Positions 53,791 to 64,000 of a stretch of DNA of 64,000 nt are shown here, in pieces (positions within the stretch are counted from its first letter, which is position 1; every line of letters begins with the position of its first letter). Below the pieces are notes generated by a model. That model had not been told where the DNA came from, ran no database searches, and worked only from the letters and a program-made list of their open reading frames with translations. The DNA lies in assembly GCF_001194135.2 (NCBI RefSeq), contig NC_068986.1, forward strand, positions 111,774,477-111,838,476. Direction: 5' to 3'. Made by a program: the position numbers and the translations under genes. This stretch comes from Octopus bimaculoides. Lineage: Eukaryota.

Positions 53791-54069
53791 CCACACATAA
53801 AAATGTATGTATATATATACATATATATGTGTGTGTGTATAAACCCGTCTACAAGTTTATGGGTGTGCGAGTGAAAGTGTGTGTGTACACGTGCATATGG
53901 TGTGTGAATATATATGATAGAATAAATGTAGGATGTCGTCTGTCTCTGGTTACTTATCCATTTCTCTCATCTCATCCACCCTCTCTCGTAGAGCTGCTCT
54001 CAACATCTCTGTTATAGGTGCCACGTACATCCGTAGGTACAAACATAAACACATGCACTCACTCACACA

Positions 54070-54118
<49 letters not shown>

Positions 54119-55225
54119 NNNNNNNNNNNNNNNNNNNNNNNNNNNNNNNNNNNNNNNNNNNNNNNNNNNNNNNNNNNNNNNNNNNNNNNNNNNNNNNNNN
54201 NNNNNNNNNNNNNNNNNNNNNNNNNNNNNNNNNNNNNNNNNNNNNNNNNNNNNNNNNNNNNNNNNNNNNNNNNNNNNNNNNNNNNNNNNNNNNNNNNNNN
54301 NNNNNNNNNNNNNNNNNNNNNNNNNNNNNNNNNNNNNNNNNNNNNNNNNNNNNNNNNNNNNNNNNNNNNNNNNNNNNNNNNNNNNNNNNNNNNNNNNNNN
54401 NNNNNNNNNNNNNNNNNNNNNNNNNNNNNNNNNNNNNNNNNNNNNNNNNNNNNNNNNNNNNNNNNNNNNNNNNNNNNNNNNNNNNNNNNNNNNNNNNNNN
54501 NNNNNNNNNNNNNNNNNNNNNNNNNNNNNNNNNNNNNNNNNNNNNNNNNNNNNNNNNNNNNNNNNNNNNNNNNNNNNNNNNNNNNNNNNNNNNNNNNNNN
54601 NNNNNNNNNNNNNNNNNNNNNNNNNNNNNNNNNNNNNNNNATATATATATATATATATACACATACATACATACACACACATACAGACACACACACAAAT
54701 ATTTATGCGAGTGATTGGAAATTGAAGAATTGTTTTGTTCTGTCTTCAATTATGACATGACCAAAAAAGTATTTCAAAAAGTCATAAGAATAAAGATCCA
54801 AAACGAGATGAAGACAAAATTGTTTCTAAAACACATGCATAACTCAAACAAAGAATTTTATGAATTTCTGAGAAGATAATTTATAAAGATGGATTATATG
54901 AAGAGCTGTATCTTATATAGCACATCGACAGTTTGAATAACATTGAGGAATAAAAGAGTATTTACGAAATACCAATACATAAAAGTTGGTCCAAGAATAT
55001 CCGTCAGAAATAAAGTCGTGGTTAATGAAATAAATGAAGCAGAGAAGACGTCAGTGTAATTGAAATGATTTCTTCGAGATTCAGAAACGCAAAACTAAAA
55101 GAAGACGAATCTATAACAATAGTCACGAAACTAATAATAATGATATTGATAATGATGATGAGGATGATGATGATGATGACTATAATGATAGTAATAGTTA
55201 TTGTTGTAGTAACATAAACAATGGC

Positions 55226-55256
<31 letters not shown>

Positions 55257-56258
55257 GTATTAATAATGATGGTATTAATAATGATAACAACAACAAGGAC
55301 CAGACGAAGCCAAGATGAACAATATGAGCAAAATCAATTTGTAGTTGTCTTTTGTAACGGATTGTAATTTATGTTAGTCACAAACAGGATTCGTAACAAT
55401 AGCGCATATTCTTACATACATACATACATATGTAAGTGTGTCTGTGTGTCTGTGTATGAATATATATATATATATATATANNNNNNNNNNNNNNNNNNNN
55501 NNNNNNNNNNNNNNNNNNNNNNNNNNNNNNNNNNNNNNNNNNNNNNNNNNNNNNNNNNNNNNNNNNNNNNNNNNNNNNNNNNNNNNNNNNNNNNNNNNNN
55601 NNNNNNNNNNNNNNNNNNNNNNNNNNNNNNNNNNNNNNNNNNNNNNNNNNNNNNNNNNNNNNNNNNNNNNNNNNNNNNNNNNNNNNNNNNNNNNNNNNNN
55701 NNNNNNNNNNNNNNNNNNNNNNNNNNNNNNNNNNNNNNNNNNNNNNNNNNNNNNNNNNNNNNNNNNNNNNNNNNNNNNNNNNNNNNNNNNNNNNNNNNNN
55801 NNNNNNNNNNNNNNNNNNNNNNNNNNNNNNNNNNNNNNNNNNNNNNNNNNNNNNNNNNNNNNNNNNNNNNNNNNNNNNNNNNNNNNNNNNNNNNNNNNNN
55901 NNNNNNNNNNNNNNNNNNNNNNNNNNNNNNNNNNNNNNNNNNNNNNNNNNNNNNNNNNNNNNNNNNNNNNNNNNNNNNNNNNNNNNNNNNNNNNNNNNNN
56001 NNNNNNNNNNNNNNNNNNNNNNNNNNNNNNNNNNNNNNNNNNNNNNNNNNNNNNNNNNNNNNNNNNNNNNNNNNNNNNNNNNNNNNNNNNNNNNNNNNNN
56101 NNNNNNNNNNNNNNNNNNNNNNNNNNNNNNNNNNNNNNNNNNNNNNNNNNNNNNNNNNNNNNNNNNNNNNNNNNNNNNNNNNNNNNNNNNNNNNNNNNNN
56201 NNNNNNNNNNNNNNNNNNNNNNNNNNNNNNNNNNNNNNNNNNNNNNNNNNNNNNNNNN

Positions 56259-56317
<59 letters not shown>

Positions 56318-57160
56318 ATACATATGTGTGTGTATACATACATATAACATTGCTTGCTAATTTATGTAAACGCTACATATTTTGCTTTTTGTCAGTAATC
56401 TTCGACTGTAAGACCGAGATCACCAAATGTATCCTTTCTCCATGTTCCGCTTGCGATATTCAGAAAATATTTACCTCGGATGGGAATGTTATCATGCGTT
56501 TTGTGTAGGTCCCCACCGCCTGAGTCATTTCTGTCGATATCCATGGTATTGTATTGATATCTTTACTGATTTGGGAAAGAGTTCATATTTTATCGACTTA
56601 TCTGCTGTTATGTCTGTGCGCCTTTGTGTGTAGTCCATTAATTCAAGTTTGTCCCTGTAAAAAAAAAAATGAACATACAAATATTTAATTGTTGATGTTG
56701 CCGTTGTCTCTACTCCTTCATCGTTTTTTATTGTTTTTTTTTTCCATTTTAATTTTTGTTGCTCTCATCATTCTAAATCTGTCTTGTTCCTACCACTTGT
56801 TTTCCCAATCTTGCTCATGGTGATTGTGTTGGTGGTGATGGTGACTGTGTTGCTGCGGTTGTTGGTGTTGTTGTTGACTTGATTCTCCTTCGGTTTGTAG
56901 GGGTATTAATGTTGGTGTTGTTAGATCAACTGTTGTTGGTGGCCATTTTGTCGTTGTCCTCTCTAATGGATGTTTTCTGGAACCTGTTGCCGGACTCAAA
57001 GCTATTAGTGCTTTAACCTTTCCCACTACACATCAGACTAGTTACTGGTGATGTTTGTCAGTGTTAGCAATGACTCTATAGCACGAGCTGGCCTGGAATG
57101 GAATGTTGCGACTGTATGAGCTGACCGGAAGGCTGTATCTGTTAATATAAACTTTAGACG

Positions 57161-57400
57161 GAAGGCGGTGAGCTGGCAGAAACGTTAGCATGCCGGGCGA
57201 AATGCTTAGCGGTATTTCGTCCGCCGTTACGTTCTGAGTTCAAATTCCGCCGAGGTCGACTTTACCTTTCATTCTTTCGGGTTCGATAAATTAAGTACCA
57301 GTTGAGCACTGGGGTCGATGTAATCGACTTAATCCCTTTGTCTGTCCTTGTTTGTCCCCTCTATGTTTAGCCCCTTGTGGGCAATAAAGAAATAAGAAAT
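57161..57400 (+). mobile_element. Well-preserved tRNA-derived SINE with Meta-like central domain and tail A
   Basis: Head GGTGAGCTGGCAGAAACGTTAGC...GAGTTCAAATTCC. Central GAGGTCGACTTTACCTTTCATTCTTTCGGGTTCGATAAATTAAGTACCAG resembles the MetaSINE domain. Tail TTTAGCCCCTTGTGGGCAATAAAGAAAT. Confidence 0.8.
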
Positions 57401-57580
57401 AAGTATGCCGGGGGAAATGCTTAGTGGTATTTCGTCTGCCTTTACGCCGTGGTCGAATTTGTCTTTTATCCTTTCGGGATCGATAAACTGAGTACCAGTT
57501 GCGTACTGGAGTCGATCTAATTGACTGGCCCCGTTCCCCCAAAATTTCGGGCCTTGTGCCTAGAGTTGAAAAGAATATAA
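57401..57580 (+). mobile_element. Second tandem, 5'-truncated SINE copy with a different tail (tail B)
   Basis: ATGCCGGGGGAAATGCTTAGTGGTATTTCGTC...ATCCTTTCGGGATCGATAAACTGAGTACCAGTTG...CCCCCAAAATTTCGGGCCTTGTGCCTAGAG. Confidence 0.75.
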
Positions 57581-59809
57581 GTTTTACACGGGTCGATTGA
57601 CACGTTGTGACATTAAGACTAATACAAAAATATTATCAACAGGGATTTCTTTATTTTCACAAGTACCACAACACCAGGAAATTATAACACAATGATTATT
57701 TAAGTAATGTTATTACATTTTTTTTTACTTGAAACAACTCTATTTTAACAACACAGCAAAAAAAAAAAAAGAAACATCATTAGGTGTTGAGAGAAAAGTA
57801 ACCCTAAAACGTATAGTCATGTTGCATAACAAGAAATACAGAAAAAAATTAAAGGTTTAGATTAAAACAAAAAGAAAAAAAAGATTTAAAGAAAGGATAC
57901 TATGAAAACTGGTTGTCTACGATGTATTTCAAAGCAACTAACAATTCAAACAAACTAGTTACAGAGTGTTAAAATAAAATATATAAAGGATACAAGTTAA
58001 CGATTTCTTAATGTAATCCAACAGTTGATTCTGCATGAACAACACAACTGAAGTAAGGAAAATATAAAACGTGATGGATTTGCGAATAAATAATTCACAG
58101 ACGCCATTAACATAAAAAGCCATTAGCTAAATTCGTGTTAAGATAGTTATTGTAAGGCCCATTAAAAAGATAACTAAAAATCGTCATACGGCGAACAAAT
58201 GAACATAAAACATGTGAAAGAATATCATTTCATTTTACTGTTTGGTGGGGAACTATGCTTTTTTGTTTCATATTACGTATGTTAAACAGGTTATCATTGA
58301 CGTAACAGTTGTTTTGCACGTTAAGCTTCACTCTTGGATTTTAGTTACACGACTCTGTTTATATATAGCAACTGTATATATTTGTTATTGAGATTTAGCT
58401 CCCGATCGAGCAATCACTGGCATTCCAAATGAGAAAGTCAATCCTATTTTAGGTATATCTTCGATATCTTATCTAATGACTTCTTCCAATATATATTTCA
58501 AGATCCTATTGAGTTACTTGACGAATATTTGGCAGCTATTTCTTGAAAAATTGAGCAAATAAATTTGAACAGATTAATTGAAATTCCTTGGATATACTCG
58601 TAATTTACATTCCAAATCTTCTGAATTTGCGATAAAATCTACTCATCGCTGATGAGCTCATATTAAGGCCAGAATAAAACCTGATTTGTTTTTCGTGTTT
58701 GAGAAAATAATTATAATCATTTTGTAAAAAGAAACTATAAATATATATTTCATCTGAAAATAATTATTTCTCTTTAGCTCATTTAATTCCATTCCAAAAT
58801 GTATGTTAATATTCATCTACTGAAATAACAAGCCAGGGTGACGAAAATACATTTTTTGTCTGACCTGCAAAAATCCGTAAAATATCAAAGCAAAATAAGA
58901 AGTGAAGATTAATAAATATTAAATATATGATATCAGAAACATTCACAATATGCACTCTTTAAGGACATCTACGTTATTATATGTTCTGTAAGAGAGATGG
59001 CTTGCAGCAACACCAGCAATATTGAAATGCAAGTATATGAACAAATAAAATATATCAAAGTCGACCGATATTTCGAAGTGGTAGAGGAAAAGTATCCGAA
59101 TGTTTGCCTTTGATGTGGAAACAACTAGAGAATTAATAACCAATGTATCCTTGTCTACATGGGAAAAACAAATTTATATCACAGAAATAGATGTTGGTAA
59201 ATTTAACAATAAGGAAGTACGGGACATTTAAACGGCTGTCTCAGTATGTCAAGAAGGGTGAGCAAAATTCCGTTAGATCACACAATCATAAAAGTACAGT
59301 TGTGCATTGCTAAAATTTGGGTTCTCCTGTTTTCAGCGACAGATGAAGTTTCTCCAACGTCTTACTGATTAGTCTATACAGACAATTCGCTTAAATGATC
59401 AAATATTTGTGCTATACGTATAGATGTCGAATGGATGTTTAATAAAATTATTCCGCAATACAATAACAACCATAACAACAACCCAACACACGTCCATCAT
59501 CAGCTACGCCACTGATATCGTTATGGGTTCGTCACCTGGGAACTACCATTCAATACGGCGATGTCAACAGCACTAAAATAAGTGTTGTTTAGGAACGAAC
59601 ATGCCTTAGATATCACCACTTTCATTCAATCTTAATTGTAAGAAAGATTAAACACTAACGTTATTTAATTAAACTACAATACATCAAGGAAAGTACATTT
59701 ACAAAACAATATCAGTAAATTAATAAATTATAGAAATAAATTATAGAAATAAATTATAGAATTTACTATAAGTAAACCTATAACTAACTTCTAAATTATC
59801 TAACTGCAT

Positions 59810-59990
59810 AGCAACCGACCCTGTTCACTTGATCCATGAAATCGACGCTGCCTGAACAGGTAACTGTGTGTCGCATTTCAGATGTGGAAGTGATCAGAGA
59901 ATAAGTAAGATTAAGTGTTTTTTTTTCTCAAAACATCATGAACCGCCCGGTCTAGGAACCGAAATCAAGATCTAGAGAACGTGAAAGTAA
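59810..59990 (-). mobile_element. Degenerate tRNA-derived SINE fragment
   Basis: AACCGCCCGGTCTAGGAACC matches the antisense B-box region of the 10270 and 41165 copies. Confidence 0.4.
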
Positions 59991-60779
59991 CACACTTGCT
60001 ATTAGTCCATGCACTTTCACAGTGATTATGTGTTACTGCGATACTGTGATCCTGCAAATATTCTATTAGAGCCAAAATGTTGTAGGTCACGGCTGCAAAG
60101 CTTTTAACCGTTGATTCGAGATAGCTGTATGACAAGGACAAGCACAAACAGTAGAGATATTGCTATATGTTGAGATATTCTACGTAATGTACTCTTCATT
60201 GTACAATAACCGTATAAAGTATATGTTAGTGGCAGAAATGCATTTGAACTCAAAAATGTGTGCTGCCAAGACTTACACAACAGTAAGGACCGCCACAAAT
60301 GAGAACAAGAACGACATGTAATAATCGTATATGAATACTGATTTCATATTTTGACATAAGGTCAACCTCATATATTAATTGTAAACGTGTCCAATGCGAT
60401 GATCTGACAGAACCGTCAGCATACCAGACTTCGCTAATATAATCTACCAAGAAGGAGAGACAAGATTTGGACAACTACCTAGTAATGGCTGCTGGAGCCT
60501 ACCAGCGAGTATTTAAAGGGAAATTTGGCAGGATGGTCAGTTGCCCGCTGACACTCATTGACGCTGAATCGAAGAGACCTGGGAACAGAAAGAAAAAGGG
60601 GAAAGAAGATATGCACTCCAACCCAGAGCTGAAGACACCTCCGAAAGGGAGGGGGGACCACGTGGAAAACGGTAGAGGAGTAGGGGCCGAAACCGGACGT
60701 GGTTCCTCCTGATGATGTATTTAGCCACTGCATCCTATAAAGTAGCTGTTGAGGTAGCAACCCATGAAACGAAGTTGGA

Positions 60780-60930
60780 ATTCTTCTTTAGTAGGTCTGC
60801 CAACCACTTTGATGCTAGTTGCGTTGGGAGTAAACGATTGCATATTTTTTTCAGTAAGTACAGATCAAATCTTAGCGAACGATATTATGAGCAAATGTTA
60901 TCTCTACAGAATTATTGTAACTACGTTTAA
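60780..60930 (+). mobile_element. Possible hAT transposase C-terminal dimerisation remnant
   Basis: DASCVGSKRLHIFFSKYRSNLSERYYEQMLSL resembles PAxSxxSER...RSxL...ExLLxL. Confidence 0.3.
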
Positions 60931-61483
60931 TGTACTTTGTAGTAGGGTAAAGTTGCGTAACGAAATGCGGTATCCCTAAAGGTCATCAATATGAGCAAAT
61001 GCATTCAAAACGTAACTACCGTGTCATTCTAACGTTATCTAGGTTTATTTTATTGAATAGTAGATTCTCTTTAAAGCTGTTGGCAGACATGTTATGGAGA
61101 TTTTACTACTATTTATAGTATGTCGAGATTCTTCCTGGGGTCAACAAGTTCCCCCGGTGATAACATTTTGGGAGTGCCAAAACTTCTTTAAAAATTGGAA
61201 AATGATACTAGTGAATCTTCCGCATGTACAAAGCCATCGAAAATAATTGTTTATTAAAAACAAGAAAATATGTTTTATGTAAGAAAAAGAAAACACAAAA
61301 AAAACAAGAAAAATACAAAACAAATTTGAAAGCAGAACTCAAAAATGAAAATATGAAACGGAAGACACCTTTCCCAACTCTCTAAAGATAATGCCAAACT
61401 TCACCACTTCGTTCTCCATTCAGATTAAATTTATTTCGGTAGAGATGTGCGAAAGACCTCACAGAAATTTATCAATAACAACA

Positions 61484-61485
61484 AC

Positions 61486-61536
<51 letters not shown>

Positions 61537-61537
61537 T
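61484..61537. repeat. (AAT)n microsatellite
   Basis: Read directly. Confidence 0.95.
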
Positions 61538-61780
61538 GTAATAATAAAATAGGTAAACCAGCGTTATTCGGTGGAAGATTTGCTACATTTAGTGGTGTGT
61601 TTATTGTCTAGAATTTCACACATTCAGGCGTTAATAAGTTAGACGTCCTGGTGCAGAATTAATGTGATAGCGACCTAAATCTGTGAACGGGTCACGGTTC
61701 CTGGCTGTTGTTGTATCACTGAGTTTGTTAATATCTTTCGAAAACGTCTGAACAATACAAAATGTTCTCCAATATACTAC

Positions 61781-61830
<50 letters not shown>

Positions 61831-62113
61831 NNNNNNNNNNTATACTAATGAATCTTTTTTCTTCGATCCGTATGCTTAGCGGGATAACATTTAATTCAGC
61901 GGAAACACACATGAAAATCTCTCTCTTTACCTCTCTCTCTCACACACACACTCTCTCTCTCACTCACTCTCTCTTTTTCCCTACATATATATATTTTTTC
62001 ATCAGTTTCAGCTCAGAGCTGCGGCCATGCTGGAGCTACACACACACACACATACACACACACACACACACACACATACATACATACATATATACTTATA
62101 TATNNNNNNNNNN

Positions 62114-62177
<64 letters not shown>

Positions 62178-63049
62178 GCAGACACACATCGCTGTCTAAT
62201 CTAACTCTATGTCTCTCTCTGCATATGTATGTACACACGCACTCACACAGATACACACACATATATAGGTGTAGATATCATAAGTCTACAAACATAGTTA
62301 CACAAATGCTTGCATACATTGATATATGACCTCTGAGGTGGCAAAATTTACTGGAATCTGGAGCATCTTTTATTAAGAAAGAGAGGACCCTTCAAATATA
62401 ATATGGTTAGATGCAATAAACCGTTTCTTTTTCATGTATAACCCTTTTGTTTCAATATAAAATAGTTTAAGTGAAAGTGTATAAATATCATCAAAAGAAA
62501 TATTCTTCAAATGAAAATATAATGGAAAAATGTCAGAGATGGAATATTTCTAAAGTTATATTAATTATGAAGAAAATTGTTGACACCTGCTGTTTCTCAA
62601 TTTATTTCCAAGGCGGTCAGTAATTCAAGAATTGTAGAATTCTGAAGATAAACATGTTAGATGTTTGCGAAAATATGTGCAAATGATTGTTTCGTACTTT
62701 GTTAGATGGTAAAGTTTTAGGTTTCGGATATTGGAGATACATAAATGCCACTGATTATTGTTTATACGTATGATAGCGATGCTGTTCTTTGACCCCATTA
62801 GTATACTCATCCAGCAGCATTGCTATATTAACAAATATGGGTTATATTATAGATGGGTTCGTTTACTAATGGTTAGACGTGTCGTAAATCCTTTCTGATC
62901 TGTGGCTTCATCAAAGATTTGGGCTTCAAGGTATTTGTAAATTTCAACCTGTTCGAGTCCCTCTCACTGACGAACTTGATGTTACTATTTACCTTCATTT
63001 TCCCTACAAACATGACTATTGTTTCTTTTCTTTTCTTTTCGGGGGTTGG

Positions 63050-63500
63050 AATGAGGTTAAAGAACATGCGTTTTTGATACATTTTCAGTTTTGCTTAATA
63101 TGATCTGGGGAAGCAAAAGTGTCCCAACTAAATTGAAAACAAGCGTAGAGCGAATGATCACTTGTCCAAAGGTGTTTATGTTTGTAAAGAATGGATTTTC
63201 AAGAAATTTGACGATAACACAATCAAAACATTTCGAGCGTCGGTGTATACGAGAATGTTGCTGCGAGTCTCTTATAAGGGCCATCAGACAAATGGATAGG
63301 TGTAACAGCAAGTAGGTGAACGACAACAACTTCTGAACATTGTGTAAAACAAAAGGTCATCTATTTGTGGCCATATTCAAAGAAGTAGAGGTACAGAAAA
63401 CATCATCTTGGTAGCGAGAACAGAGGGTTGCAGAAGAAAAGGCAGCAAAGAAGGCAATAAACGTACAATATTAAGAGCCGGTTCGACAGGGGTGGCAAGA
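63050..63500 (+). mobile_element. RTE-clade LINE 3' coding fragment
   Basis: LLNMIWGSKSVPTKLK, CKEWIFKKFDDNTIKTF/ERRCIR, LLRVSYKGHQTN and QQVGERQQLLNIV...GHIQR...ENIILVARTEGCRRKG. Confidence 0.75.
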
Positions 63501-64000
63501 CAGCTGGAGAACCCACGCTTAATCGGGAAGATTTGTTGTAGTGTCATCAATGCGCTGCCGCAGTACGATACATGACGACGACAACGATATTATATCTAAA
63601 TCACAAAACATTGATTCGTAGTTATTTTTTTTATTTCTGAGAAAGCGCATGACGAAAAGAATTTTTTTTTCCAGTATAACAACTATTTTTGTTATTGTAC
63701 TCTGTAATTAATGATAAACTTTTGAAATGTTAAATAGATTCCACTAATCTCATATTCCAAGTCTAATATAAACAGGATAACGAATGGAATGCATTACATG
63801 CGTGCAGGAGATAAAATACTATGTATACATTGGTTTGTTACCTGATACGATTCGCCATTAAATAGAATCTTAATTTTCAAAACCAAATATTAGCACGCAA
63901 AAGAAAATCAAGATTATTATCTTAATACGATGGCCTCCCAATTAACCTGATACACGATCTAACCTACCATATTCCTATAAACTATATTTAGTGATTTGCT

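Larger units (their letters stand above)
1654..62113. other. Thirteen assembly gaps (N runs)
   Basis: 1654-2173, 8550-8695, 16629-16990, 30121-30289, 35270-36052, 42101-42329, 45078-45815, 46810-47442, 51777-52166, 54119-54640, 55481-56258, 61831-61840, 62104-62113. Nearly all abut dinucleotide repeats. Confidence 0.98.

Noticed and set aside
1427-56508. Long ORFs of 200-390 aa in the ORF track
   Set aside because: They consist of X from N-gaps plus YI/HT/CV/LS dipeptides from microsatellites; they are not genes.
56790-57026. Gln/His-rich 78-aa ORF as a transcription-factor exon
   Set aside because: Low-complexity CAA/CAC-derived sequence with no convincing splice sites. The nearby minus-strand SVKISIQYHGYRQ hints at a LINE ORF1 remnant, but too weakly to call.

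Overview
Eukaryotic, AT-rich, repeat-saturated window with 13 N-gaps, nearly all flanked by microsatellites. The SINE/LINE repertoire and (TA/TG/TAGA)n density look like a coleoid cephalopod such as Octopus (inference, not verified). I find no intact protein-coding gene, RNA gene or CRISPR array; most ORF-track entries are translations of microsatellites or N-gaps, or antisense shadows of decayed transposon ORFs. Hand translation across stops and frameshifts shows a dense transposon fossil record: three CR1-group LINE relics, a CRE-clade element (RT plus restriction-like endonuclease), an R4/Dong element abutting (AAT)n, L1/Tx1 fragments, two RTE fragments, two mariner derivatives, a Helitron 3' end, a Helentron-type non-autonomous element, a foldback element enclosing telomere-type repeats, Penelope-like terminal repeats, and at least three tRNA-derived SINE types. 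The most notable internal evidence is two SINE/LINE 3'-tail matches inside the window, one of them to an L1/Tx1-clade LINE. There is also a perfect 12x 9-bp array containing 12 TACGTG motifs. I found no convincing new multi-gene system. Element boundaries are approximate.
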